A stretch of 64,000 nt of DNA, taken from NCBI RefSeq assembly GCF_009914755.1, contig NC_060948.1, one strand, 5' to 3'. Shown one piece after another: positions 1 to 18,480 of this stretch (positions are counted from its first letter, which is position 1; each line of letters starts with the position of its first letter). Below the pieces are notes generated by a model. That model did not search any database, had not been told where the DNA came from, and was given only the letters and a program-made list of their open reading frames with translations. This DNA is from the human T2T-CHM13v2.0 reference genome, Homo sapiens. Made by a program: the position numbers and the translations under genes.

Positions 1-1258
1 CATTATGCATAATATGTATATTATGTCTATGTTATATATAGTATAAAACAACATATAATAATATATAATTGTATATATAAAATGGGACATATAATATATA
101 TTATATTTTATGACATATGTAATATATATTATATATTATATATAATACGTTGTATGTATAATACCTATATTAAATATATATTATATGACTATGTTATTAA
201 TTACATGTCACATGGGTTATATATTATATATTTTACATAGAATATACCGGTTACATACAATATATACTATGTTACCTATAATGTATAATTGATTACATGT
301 AAAATAAAGAATGCAATATATTATGTATAATTTATAATATACAATATTTGGAATGTGATATATATAACATATAATATATGATATATGATATACAGTATAT
401 GATATATAACATACAATATATGATACCTAGTATATATGGTATACAATATATATTTTATGATATGTATTCTATATGTTTTATATTCTGTTATATATAACTA
501 TTTGAAATTATATATAATTGTATAATATTTTATGTAAATATGTAATATAATACATATAACTATATAATATATTATATATAACTATATATTATGTTATATA
601 TACTTTTATATCATAATTTACATAAAATGTCATAATATAATATATATTATATTATTTCAAATTACATAATATATATTACATATCACCCAATATAAGTAAC
701 ATACATAATATTATAATATAGATTATATTATGTTATGTTAAATATCATATATATCATGTATCATATATTCTATAATATATATTATACATTATATAATATG
801 TATGTTGTCTATTATGTGATATATATAACTATATATTATTATATTATTATACATATAACTAGATAAACATGTAATTCTACATATTTTCATTTATAATATA
901 TAGAATTATATAATCATATATAATTATTTATATTCTATAAAAAATTATATCATTATATAAATTATAATATAAAAAAATTATAATATGTACTACAAATATA
1001 TATATTATATATCATATATGATATAGTACCTTTGTTATATATCATAATACTTATAAATGTGTATTATGTTATCTATAATTATATAATTTCATATATAAGA
1101 TGTATAATATGTATTATATATTGTATATGTTATGTAATATATATAGTATATATAAGCTGACACAGGATAAATATTATATACTATGACATATAAAATATAT
1201 GAGGTTATATGTTACATATAAGGCATAGCACATAACATGTAATATATATCATATATAA
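1..1258. repeat. AT-rich subunit of first (partial) unit
   Basis: Degenerate TA/TATAA/CATAT low-complexity sequence ending at the T9 tract of the Alu. Confidence 0.9.
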
Positions 1259-1550
1259 TTTTTTTTTAGACAGAGTCTTGTCGTGTTGCACAGGGTGAAG
1301 TACAATGGCGCCATATTTGCTCACTGCAACATCTGCCTCACGGGTCCAAGCGATTGTCCTCCCTCAACCTCTCAGGTAGCTGGGAGTACACCACACTGGG
1401 ACTACACCAGCTGCCACCATGCCTAGCTAATTTTTTGGATTTTTAGTAGTGACAGCGTTTCACTGTATTGCCCAGGATGGTCTTGATCTCTTCACCTTGT
1501 GATCCCCTTGCCTTGGCCTCCAAATTTGCTGGGATTACAGGCCTGAGCCA
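1259..1550 (-). mobile_element. Diverged Alu, U1 (near full length, ~10 bp of 5' end missing, A9 tail, 16-bp internal duplication)
   Basis: Antisense Alu motifs: T9-AGACAGAGTCTTG, GCTCACTGCAAC, GGTAGCTGGGA, GCTAATTTTTTGGATTTTTAGTAG, CAGGATGGTCTTGATCTC, GCTGGGATTACAGGCCTGAGCCA. CACCTTGTGATC has the short GACCTCGTGATC spacing of AluY/Sc/Sg-type elements. Confidence 0.95.
1380..1409. repeat. 16-bp tandem duplication inside the Alu (representative; in all units)
   Basis: CTGGGA(C/G)TACACCACA followed by CTGGGACTACACCA; the Alu consensus has only one CTGGGACTACA here. Confidence 0.9.
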
Positions 1551-2120
1551 AGATCCATATTTTTTAAATGAAAAAAAATTTCAAAGGTACTCTGCTTGGT
1601 ACAATAATCAAATGTATAAACTGAGGAATAAAACATAACCATGAAACCTACTTATAACTGCATATGGAAAATACAGAGGATAATTTTTTAAATAACATAT
1701 TTTGAAAGCCTTAACTAGTAATTTGAAGAGTTGGCATTTGAAAGGCCAGTATGAATATACCTTCAAAGCAGCAACACAGGTTCCCCATGAGAAAAAGCAA
1801 ACTCAGGGAAAATAAAACCACAAAGGTTCAATCTCTTCTGACCTTTGAAAGACACAGCACAGACAGTGGTCCTTAGGACGAAGAGCAGGAGACCCCTAAT
1901 TCCGTCACCATGGCGATAGGGCATAAACATTGTTGGGTGAGGGCACAATCCACATTGAGAGGTCCAACTGCTGCCAGGAAGACAGGAGTGCTTTTACATA
2001 GACCGAAAGGTCATTGAAGGCTCAGAGTTTTGTTTCAAGAACTGAATCCCAAGCCCACACGTTATTAGGCTGCGCTTCTTAAAACAAGTTATGAGATGGG
2101 AAAAAGGGCACCCACAAACA
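1551..2120. repeat. HSATI-like subunit (representative copy, U1; repeated after every Alu)
   Basis: ~570-bp non-Alu, higher-complexity segment (AGATCCATATTTTTTAAATG...GGGCACCCACAAACA) between the Alu 5' end and the AT-rich block. Position and size fit the HSATI component of DYZ2; the name is from known DYZ2 architecture, not an alignment. Confidence 0.75.
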
Positions 2121-3969
<1,849 letters not shown>

Positions 3970-6097
3970 AGATCCATATTTTTTAAATGAAAAAAAATTT
4001 CAAAGGTACTCTGCTTGGTACAATAATCAAATGTATAAACTGAGGAATAAAACATAACCATGAAACCTACTTATAACTGCATATGGAAAATACAGAGGAT
4101 AATTTTTTAAATAACATATTTTGAAAGCCTTAACTAGTAATTTGAAGAGTTGGCATTTGTAAGGCCAGTATGAATATACCTTCAAAGCAGCAACACAGGT
4201 TCCCCATGAGAAAAAGCAAACTCAGGGAAAATAAAACCACAAAGGTTCAATCTCTTCTGACCTTTGAATGACACAGCACAGACAGTGGTCCTTAGGACGA
4301 AGAGCAGGAGACCCCTAATTCCGTCACCATGGCGATAGGGCATAAACATTGCTGGGTGAGGGCACAATCCACATTGTGAGGTCCAACTGCTGCCAGGAAG
4401 ACAGGAGTGCTTTTACATAGCCCGAAAGGTCATTGAAGGCTCAGAGTTTTGTTTCAAGAACTGAATCCCAAGCCCACACGTTATTAGGCTGCGCTTCTTA
4501 AAACAAGTTATGAGATGGGAAAAAGGGCACCCACAAACATACGTATACATTATGTATATAATAATATACAGTATCATATATAAAATATGTATAACCTATG
4601 TATAATATTGTTTTACATCCTGCATCTTATATTATATATATTGTATAAAATATAATAATTGATAATATATAAGTTTTATATTTATACAATATGACATATA
4701 GTATATATTATACTTTATGACATATATAATATATGTTATATATCATATATAGAATATATTATACGGTTAATATACCTATTAAATATAAATTATACATTAT
4801 ATATATTATATAAAATATATCTGTTATATATAATACCCATTATGCATAATATATATATTATGTCTATGTTATATATAGTATAAAACAACATATAATAATA
4901 TATAATTGTATATATAAAATGCGACATATAATATATATTATATTTTATGACATATGTAATATATATTATATATTATATATAATACGTTGTATGTATAATA
5001 CCTATATTAAATATATATTATATGACTATGTTATTAATTACATGTCACATATGTTATATATTATATATTTTACATAGAATATACCGGTTACATACAATAT
5101 ATACTATGTTACCTATAATGTATAATTGATTACATGTAAAATAAAGAATGCAATATATTATGTATAATTTATAATATACAATATGTGGAATGTGATATAT
5201 ATAACATATAATATATGATATATGATATACAGTATATGATATATAACATACAATATATGATACCTAGTATATATGGTATACAATATATATTTTATGATAT
5301 GTATTCTATATGTTTTATATTCTGTTATATATAACTATTTGAAATTATATATAACTGTATAATATTTTATGTAAATATGTAATATAATATATATAACTAT
5401 ATAATATATTATATATAACTATATATTATGTTATATATACTTTTATAACATAATTTACATAAAATGTCATAATATAATATATATTATATTATTTCACATT
5501 ACATAATATATTTTACATATCACCCAATATAAGTAACATACATAATATTATAATATAGATTATATTATGTTATATTAAATATCATATATATCATGTATCA
5601 TATATTCTATAATATATATTACACATTATATAATATGTATGTTGTCTATTTTGTGATATATAAAACTATATATATAATTATATTATTATACATATAACTA
5701 GATAAACATGTAATTCTACATATTTTCATTTGTAATATATAGAATTATATAATCATATATAATTATTTATATTCTATAAAAAATTATATCATTATATAAA
5801 TTATAATATAAAAAAATTATAATATGTACTACAAATATACATATTATATATCATATATGATATAGTACCTTTGTTATATATCATAATACATATAAATGTG
5901 TATTATGTTATCTTTAATTATATAATTTCATATATAAGATGTATAATATGTATTATATATTGTCTAGGTTATGTAATATATATAGTATATGTAAGCTGAC
6001 ACAGGATAAATATTATATACTATGACATATAAAATATATGAGGTTATATGTTACATATAAGGCATAGCACATAACATGTAATATATATCATATATAA

Positions 6098-6389
<292 letters not shown>

Positions 6390-8512
6390 AGATCCATATT
6401 TTTTAAATGAAAAAAAATTTCAAAGGTACTCTGCTTGGTACAATAATCAAATGTATAAACTGAGGAATAAAACATAACCATGAAACCTACTTATAACTGC
6501 ATATGGAAAATACAGAGGATAATTTTTTAAATAACATATTTTGAAAGCCTTAACTAGTAATTTGAAGAGTTGGCATTTGAAAGGCCAGTATGAATATACC
6601 TTCAAAGCAGCAACACAGGTTCCCCATGAGAAAAAGCAAACACAGGGAAAATAAAAACACAAAGGTTCAATCTCTTCTGACCTTTGAAAGACACAGCACA
6701 GACAGTGGTCCTTAGGACGAAGAGCAGGAGACCCCTAATTCCGTCACCATGGCGATAGGGCACAAACATTGCTGGGTGAGGGCACAATCCACATTGAGAG
6801 GTCCAACTGCTGCCAGGAAGACAGGAGTGCTTTTACATAGACCGAAAGGTCATTGAAGGCTCAGAGTTTTGTTTCAAGAACTGAATCCCAAGCCCACACG
6901 TTATTAGGCTGCGCTTCTTAAAACAAGTTATGAGATGAGAAAAAGGGCACCCACAAACATACGTATACATTATGTATATAATAATATACAGTATCATATA
7001 TATAATATATATAACCTATGTATAATATTGTTTTACATCCTGCATCTTATATTATATATATTGTATAAAATATAATAATTCATAATATATAACGTTTATA
7101 TTTATACAATATGACATATAGTATATATTATAATTTATGACATATATAATATATGTTATATATCATATATAGAATATATTATACGGTTAATATACGTATT
7201 AAATATAAATTATACATTATATATATTATATAAAATATATCTGTTATATATAATACCCTTTATGCATAATATATATATTATGTCTATGTTATATATAGTA
7301 TAAAACAACATATAATAATATATAATTGTATATATAAAATGCGACATATAATATATATTATATTTTATGACATATGTAATATATATTATATATTATATAT
7401 AATACGTTGTATGTATAATACCTATATTAAATATATATTATATGACTATGTTATTAATTACATGTCACATATGTTATATATTATATATTTTACATAGAAT
7501 ATACCGGTTACATGCAATATATACTATGTTACCTATAATGTATAATTGATTACATGTAAAATAAAGAATGCAATATAGTATGTATAATTTATAATATACA
7601 ATATGTGGAATGTGATATATATAACATATAATATATGATATATGATATACAGTATATGATATATAACATACAATATATGATACCTAATATATATGGTATA
7701 CAATATATATTTTATGATATGTATTCTATATGTTTTATATTCTGTTATATATAACTATTTGAAATTATATATAACTGTATAATATTTTATGCAAATATGT
7801 AATATAATATATATAACTATATAATATATTATATATAACTATATATTATGTTATATATACTTTTATCACATAATTTACATTAAATATCATAATATAATAT
7901 ATATTATATTATTTCACATTACATAATATATATTACATATCACCCAATATAAGTAACATACATAATATTATAATATAGATTATATTATGTTATATTAAAT
8001 ATCATATATATCATGTATCATATATTCTATAATATATATTACACATTATATAATATGTATGTTGTCTATTATGTGATATATATAACTATATATAATTATA
8101 TTATTATACATATAACTAGATAAACATGTAATTCTACATATTTTCATTTATAATATATAGAATTATATAATCATATATAATTATTTATATTCTATAAAAA
8201 ATTATATCATTATATAAATTATAATATATAAAAATTATAATATGTACTACATATATATATTATATATCATATATGATATAGTACCTTTGTTATATATCAT
8301 AATACATATAAATGTGTATTATGTTATCTATAATTATATAATTTCATATATAAGTTGTATAATATGTATCAAATATTATATATGTGTGTAATATATATAG
8401 TATATATAAGCTGACACAGGATAAATATTATATACTATGACATATAAAATATATGAGGTTATATGTTACATATAAGGCATAGCACATAACATGTAATATA
8501 TATCATATATAA

Positions 8513-8804
8513 TTTTTTTTTAGACAGAGTCTTGTCCTGTTGCACAGGGTGGGGTACAATGGCGCCATCTTTGCTCACTGCAACATCTGCCTCAAGGGTC
8601 CAAGCGATTGGCCTCCCTCAGCCTCCCAGGTAGCTGGGACTACACCACACTGGGACTACAGCAGCTGCCACCATGCCTAGCTAATTTTTTGGATTTTTAG
8701 TAGTGACAGCGTTTCACTGTATTGGCCAGGATGGTCTTGATCTCTTCACCTTGTGATCCCCTTGCCTTGGCCTCCAAATTTGCTGGGATTACAGGCCTGA
8801 GCCA
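8513..8804 (-). mobile_element. DYZ2 Alu copy U4
   Basis: Same motifs; intermediate subtype (GACAGAGT+CTTGTCCTG+GGGGTAC+CAACATCTG). Confidence 0.93.
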
Positions 8805-10932
8805 AGATCCATATTTTTTAAATGAAAAAAAATTTCAAAGGTACTCTGCTTGGTACAATAATCAAATGTATAAACTGAGGAATAAAACATAACCATGAAA
8901 CCTACTTATAACTGCATATGGAAAATACAGAGGATAATTTTTTAAATAACATATTTTGAAAGCCTTAACTAGTAATTTGAAGAGTTGGCATTTGAAAGGC
9001 CAGTATGAATATACCTTCAAAGCAGCAACACAGGATCCCCATGAGAAAAAGCAAACAAAGGGAAAATAAAAACACAAAGGTTCAATCTCTTCTGACCTTT
9101 GAAAGACACAGCACAGACAGTGGTCCTTAGGACGAAGAGCAGGAGACCCCTAATTCCGTCACCATGGCGATAGGGCATAAACATTGCTGGGTGAGGGCAC
9201 AATCCACATTGTGAGGTCCAACTGCTGCTAGGAAGACAGGAGTGCTTTTACATAGACCGAAAGGTCATTGAAGGCTCAGAGTTTTGTTTCAAGAACTGAA
9301 TCCCAAGCCCACACGTTATTAGGCTGCACTTCTTAAAACAAGTTATGAGATGGGAAAAAGGGCACCCACAAACATACGTATACATTGTGTATATAATAAT
9401 ATACAGTATCATATATTTAATATATATAACCTATGTATAATATTGTTTTACATCCTGCATCTTATGTTATGTATATTGTATAAAATATAGTAATTGATAA
9501 TATATAAGTTTTATATTTATACAATATGACATATAGTATATATTATAATTTATGACATATATAATATATGTTATATATCATATATAGAATATATTATACG
9601 GTTAATATACGTATTAAATATAAATTATACATTATATATATTATATATAATATATCTGTTATATATAATACCCATTATGCATAATATATATATTATGTCT
9701 ACGTTATATATAGTATAAAACAACATATAATAATATATAATAGTATATATAAAATGCGACATATAATATATATTATATTTTATAACATATGTAATATATA
9801 TTATATATTATATATAATACGTTGTATGTATAATACCTATATTAAATATATATTATATGACTATGTTATTAATTACATGTCACATGTGTTATATATTATA
9901 TATTTTACATAGAATATACCGGTTACATACAATATATACTATGTTACCTATAATGTATAATTTATTACATGTAAAATAAAGAATGCAATATATTATGTAT
10001 AATTTATAATATACAATATGTGGAATGAGATATATATAACATATAATATATGATATATGATATACAGTATATGATATATAACATACAATATATGATTCCT
10101 AATATATATGGTATACAATATATATTTTATGATATGTATTCTATATGTTTTATATTCTGTTATATATAACTATTTGAAATTATATATAACTGTATAATAT
10201 TTTATGTAAATATGTAATATAATATATATAACTATATAATATATTATATATAACTATATATTATGTTATATACACTTTTATAACATAATTTACATAAAAT
10301 ATCATAATATAATATATATTATATTATTTCATATTACATAATATATATTACATATCACCCAATATAACTAACATACATAATATTATAATATAGATTATAT
10401 TATGTTATATGAAATATCATATATATCATGTATCATATATTCTATAATATATATTACACATTATAAAATATGTATGTTGTCTATTATGTGATATATATAA
10501 CTCTATATATAATTATATTATTATACATATAACTAGATAAACATGTAATTCTACATATTTTCATTTATAATATGTAGAATTATATAATCATATATAATTA
10601 TTTATATTCTATAAAAAATTTTATCATTATATAAATTATAATATATAAAAATTATAATATGTACTACAAATATATATATTATATATCATATATGATATAG
10701 TACCTTTGTTATATATCATAATACATATAAATGTGTATTATGTTATCTATAATTATATAATTTCATATATAAGATGTATAATATGTATCATATATTATAT
10801 ATGTTATGTAATATATATAGTATATATAAGATGACACAGGATAAATATTATATACTATGACATATAAAATATATGAGGTTATATGTTACATATAAGGCAT
10901 AGCACATAACATGTAATATATACCATATATAA

Positions 10933-11224
10933 TTTTTTTTTAGACAGAATCTTGTCCTGTTGCACAGGGTGGGGTACAATGGCGCCATCTTTGCTCACTG
11001 CAACTTCTGCCTCACGGGTCCAAGCGATCGTCCTCCCTTAGCCTCCCAGGTAGCTGGGACTACACCACACTGGGACTACACCAGCTGCCACCATGCCTAG
11101 CTAATTTTTTGGATTTTTAGTAGTGACAGCGTTTCACTGTATTGGCCAGGATGGTCTTGATCTCTTCACCTTGTGATCTCCTTGCCTTGGCCTCCAAATT
11201 TGCTGGGATTACAGGCCTGAGCCA
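10933..11224 (-). mobile_element. DYZ2 Alu copy U5
   Basis: Same motifs; main subtype (GACAGAATCTTGTCCTG, CAACTTCTG). Confidence 0.93.
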
Positions 11225-13329
11225 AGATCCATATTTTTTAAATGAAAAAAAATTTCAAAGGTACTCTGCTTGGTACAATAATCAAATGTATAAACTGAGG
11301 AATAAAACATAACCATGAAACCTACTTATAACTGCATATGGAAAATACAGAGGATAATTTTTTAAATAACATATTTTGAAAGCCTTAACTAGTAATTTGA
11401 AGAGTTGGCATTTGAAAGGCCAGTATGAATATACCTTCAAAGCAGCAACACAGGTTCCCCATGAGAAAAAGCAAACACAGGGAAAATAAAAACACAAAGG
11501 TTCAATCTCTTCTGACCTTTGAAAGACACAGCACAGACAGTGGTCCTTAGGACGAAGAGCAGGAGACCCCTAATTCCGTCACCATGGCGATAGGGCATAA
11601 ACATTGCTGGGTGAGGGCACAATCCACATTGTGAGGTCCAACTGCTGCCAGGAAGACAGGAGTGCTTTTACATAGACCGAAAGGTCATTGAAGGCTCAGA
11701 GTTTTGTTTCAAGAACTGAATCCCAAGCCCACACGTTATTAGGCTGCGCTTCTTAAAACAAGTTATGAGATGGGAAAAAGGGCACCCACAAACATACGTA
11801 TACATTATGTATATAATAATATACAGTATCATATATATAATATATATAACCTATGTATAATATTGTTTTACATCCTGCATCTTATGTTATATATATTGTA
11901 TAAAATATAATAATTGATAATATATAAGTTTTATATTTATACAATATGACATATAGTATATATTATAATTTATGACATATATAATATATGTTATATGTCA
12001 TATATAGAATATATTATACGGTTAATATACGTATTAAATATAAATTATACATTATATATATTATATATAATATATCTGTTATATATAATAACCATTATGC
12101 ATAATATATATATTATGTCTACGTTATATATAGTATAAAACAACATATAATAATATATAATTGTATATATAAAATGCGACATAGAATATATATTATATTT
12201 TATAACATATGTAATATATATTATATATTATATATAATACGTTGTATGTATAATACCTATATTAAATATATATTATATGACTATGTTATTAATTACATGT
12301 CACATGTGTTATATATTATATATTTTACATAGAATATACCGGTTACATACAATATACACTATGTTACCTATAATGTATAATTTATTACATGTAAAATAAA
12401 GAATGCAATATATTATGTATAATTTATAATATACAATATGTGGAATGTGATATATATAACATATAATATATGATATATGATATACAGTATATGATATATA
12501 ACATACAATATATGATTCCTAATATATATGGTATACAATATATATTTTATGATATGTATTCTATATGTTTTATATTCTGTTATATATAACTAGTTGAAAT
12601 TATATAGAACTGTATAATATTTTATGTAAATATGTAATATAATATATATAACTATATAATATATTATATATAACTATATATTATGTTATATATACTTTTA
12701 TAACATAATTTACATAAAATATCATAACGTAATATATATTATATTATTTCATATTACATAATATATATTACATATCACCCAATATAACTAACATACATAA
12801 TATTATAATATAGATTATATTATGTTATATTAAATATCATATATATCATGTATCATATATTCTATAATATATATTACACATTATATAATATGTATGTTGT
12901 CTATTATGTGATATATATAACTATATATATAATTATATTTTTATACATATAACTAGATAAACATGTAATTCTACATTTTTTCATTTATAATATGTAGAAT
13001 TATATAATCATATATAATTATTTATATTCTATAAAAAATTTTATCATTATATAAATTATAATATATAAAAATTATAATATGTACTACAAATATATATATT
13101 ATATATCATATATGATATAGTACCTTTGTTATATATCATAATACATATAAATGTGTATTATGTTATCTATAATTATATAATTTCATATATAAGATGTATA
13201 ATATGTATCATATATTATATATGTTATGTAATATATATAGTATATATAAGATGACACAGGATAAATATTATATACTATGACATATAAAATATATGAGGTT
13301 ATATGTTACATATAAGGCATAGCACATAA

Positions 13330-13644
<315 letters not shown>

Positions 13645-15747
13645 AGATCCGTATTTTTTAAATGAAAAAAAATTTCAAAGGTACTCTGCTTGGTACAATA
13701 ATCAAATGTATAAACTGAGGAATAAAACATAACCATGAAACCTACTTATAACTGCATATGGAAAATACAGAGGATAATTTTTTAAATAACATATTTTGAA
13801 AGCCTTAACTAGTAATTTGAAGAGTTGGCATTTGAAAGGCCAGTATGAATATACCTTCAAAGCAGCAACACAGGTTCCCCATGAGAAAAAGCAAACACAG
13901 GGAGAATAAAAACACAAAGGTTCAATCTCTTCTGACCTTTGAAAGACACAGCACAGACAGTGGTCCTTAGGACGAAGAGCAGGAGACCCCTAATTCCGTC
14001 ACCATGGCGATAGGGCATAAACATTGCTGGGTGAGGGCACAATCCACATTGTGAGGTCCAACTGCTGCCAGGAAGACAGGAGTGCTTTTACATAGACCGA
14101 AAGGTCATTGAAGGCTCAGAGTTTTGTTTCAAGAACTGAATCCCAAGCCCACGCGTTATTAGGCTGCGCTTCTTAAAACAAGTTATGAGATGGGAAAAAT
14201 GGCACCCACAAACATACGTATACATTATGTATATAATAATATACAGTATCATATATATAATATATATAACCTATGTATAATATTGTTTTACATCCTGCAT
14301 CTTATGTTATATATATTGTATAAAATATAATAATTGATAATATATAAGTTTTATAATTATACAATATGACATATAGTATATATTATAATTTATGACATAT
14401 ATAATATATGTTATATATCATATATAGAATATATTATACGGTTAATATACGTATTAAATATAAATTATACATTATATATATTATATATAATATATCTGTT
14501 ATATATAATACCCATTATGCATAATATATATATTATGTCTATGTTATATATAGTATAAAACAACATATAATAATATATAATTGTATATATAAAATGCGAC
14601 ATAGAATATATATTATATTTTATAAAATATGTAATATATATTATATATTATATATAATACGTTGTATGTATAATACCTATATTAAATATATATTATATGA
14701 CTATGTTATTAATTACATGTCACATGTGTTATATATTATATATTTTACATAGAATATACCGGTTACATACAATATATACTATGTTACCTATAATGTATAA
14801 TTTATTACATGTAAAATAAAGAATGCAATATATTATGTATGATTTATAATATACAATATGTGGAATGTGATATATGTAACATATAATATATGATATATGA
14901 TATACAGTATATGATATATAACATACAATATATGATTCCTAATATATATGGTATACAATATATATTTTATGATATGTATTCTATATGTTTTATATTCTGT
15001 TATATATAACTATTTGAAATTATATATAACTGTATAATATTTTATGTAAATATGTAATGTAATATATAACTATATAATATATTATATATAACTATATATT
15101 ATGTTATATATACTTTTATAACATAATTTACATAAAATATCATAATATAATATATATTATATTATTTCATATTACATAATATATATTACATATCAACCAA
15201 TATAACTAACATACATAATATTATAATATAGATTATATTATGTTATATTAAATATCATATATATCATGTATCATATATTCTATAATATATATTACACATT
15301 ATATAATATGTATGTTGTCTATTATGTGATATATATAACTATATATATAATTATATTTTTATACATATAACTAGATAAACATGTAATTCTACATATTTTC
15401 ATTTATAATGTGTAGAATTATATAATCATATATAATTATTTATATTCTATAAAAAATTTTATCATTATATAAATTATAATATATAAAAATTATAATATGT
15501 ACTACAAATATATATATTATATATCATATATGATATAGTACCTTTGTTATATATCATAATACATATAAATGTGTATTATGTTATCTATAATTATATAATT
15601 TCATATATAAGATGTATAATATGTGTCATATATTATATATGTTATGTAATATATATAGTATATATAAGATGACACAGGATAAATATTATATACTATGACA
15701 TATAAAATATATGAGGTTATATGTTACATATAAGGCATAGCACATAA

Positions 15748-16062
<315 letters not shown>

Positions 16063-18165
16063 AGATCCGTATTTTTTAAATGAAAAAAAATTTCAAAGGT
16101 ACTCTGCTTGGTACAATAATCAAATGTATAAACTGAGGAATAAAACATAACCATGAAACCTACTTATAACTGCATATGGAAAATACAGAGGATAATTTTT
16201 TAAATAACATATTTTGAAAGCCTTAACTAGTAATTTGAAGAGTTGGCATTTGAAAGGCCAGTATGAATATACCTTCAAAGCAGCAACACAGGTTCCCCAT
16301 GAGAAAAAGCAAACACAGGGAAAATAAAAACACAAAGGTTCAATCTCTTCTGACCTTTGAAAGACACAGCACAGACAGTGGTCCTTAGGACGAAGAGCAG
16401 GAGACCCCTAATTCCGTCACCATGGCGATAGGGCATAAACATTGCTGGGTGAGGGCACAATCCACATTGTGAGGTCCAACTGCTGCCAGGAAGACAGGAG
16501 TGCTTTTACATAGACCGAAAGGTCATTGAAGGCTCAGAGTTTTGTTTCAAGAACTGAATCCCAAGCCCACACGTTATTAGGCTGCGCTTCTTAAAACAAG
16601 TTATGAGATGGGAAAAAGGGCACCCACAAACATACGTATACATTATGTATATAATAATATACAGTATCATATATATAATATATATAACCTATGTATAATA
16701 TTGTTTTACATCCTGCATCTTATGTTATCTATATTGTATAAAATATAATAATTGATAATATATAAGTTTTATAATTATACAATATGACATATAGTATATA
16801 TTATAATTTATGACATATATAATATATGTTATATATCATATATAGAATATATTATACGGTTAATATACGTATTAAATATAAATTATACATTATATATATT
16901 ATATATAATATATCTGTTATATATAATACCCATTATGCATAATATATATATTATGTCTATGTTATATATAGTATAAAACAACATATAATAATATATAATT
17001 GTATATATAAAATGCGACATAGAATATATATTATATTTTATAACATATGTAATATATATTATATATTATATATAATACGTTGTATGTATAATACCTATAT
17101 TAAATATATATTATATGACTATGTTATTAATTACATGTCACATGTGTTATATATTATATATTTTACATAGAATATACCGGTTACATACAATATATACTAT
17201 GTTACCTATAATGTATAATTTATTACATGTAAAATAAAGAATGCAATATATTATGTATAATTTATAATATACAATATGTGGAATGTGATATATGTAACAT
17301 ATAATATATGATATATGATATACAGTATATGATATATAACATACAATATATGATTCCTAATATATATGGTATACAATATATATTTTATGATATGTATTCT
17401 ATGTGTTTTATATTCTGTTATATATAACTATTTGAAATTATATATAACTGTATAATATTTTATGTAAATATGTAATGTAATATATAACTATATAATATAT
17501 TATATATAACTATATATTATGTTATATATACTTTTATAACATAATTTACATAAAATATCATAATATAATATATATTATATTATTTCATATTACATAATAT
17601 ATATTACATATCAACCAATATAACTAACATACATAATATTATAATATAGATTATATTATGTTATATTAAATATCATATATATCATGTATCATATATTCTA
17701 TAATATATATTACACATTATATAATATGTATGTTGTCTATTATGTGATATATATAACTATATATATAATTATATTTTTATACATATAACTAGATAAACAT
17801 GTAATTCTACATATTTTCATTTATAATATGTAGAATTATATAATCATATATAATTATTTATATTCTATAAAAAATTTTATCATTATATAAATTATAATAT
17901 ATAAAAATTATAATATGTACTACAAATATATATATTATATATCATATATGATATAGTACCTTTGTTATATATCATAATACATATAAATGTGTATTATGTT
18001 ATCTATAATTATATAATTTCATATATAAGATGTATAATATGTATCATATATTATATATGTTATGTAATATATATAGTATATATAAGATGACAGAGGATAA
18101 ATATTATATACTATGACATATAAAATATATGAGGTTATATGTTACATATAAGGCATAGCACATAA

Positions 18166-18480
<315 letters not shown>

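Noticed and set aside
1480-1550. Alu internal Pol III promoter (A/B box) as an active ncRNA gene
   Set aside because: The 5' ~10 nt of the Alu are missing and the B-box region is diverged (minus strand GAGATCAAGAC with altered flanks). Activity cannot be supported from sequence alone.
1763-1948. Recurrent 61-aa minus-strand ORF (MCPHPAMFMPYRHGDG...) in most units
   Set aside because: It recurs only because the satellite unit recurs. It has no recognisable domain, and it is absent from the ORF track in U16, U18 and U19, where start-region bases differ. No sign of coding constraint.
6447-6662. Recurrent 71-aa minus-strand ORF (MCFYFPCVCFF...)
   Set aside because: F/L/Y/C-rich composition is expected from the antisense of A-rich DNA. 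The start is not a true ATG, the ORF is broken in U9 and absent in U1-U2, and substitutions appear random.
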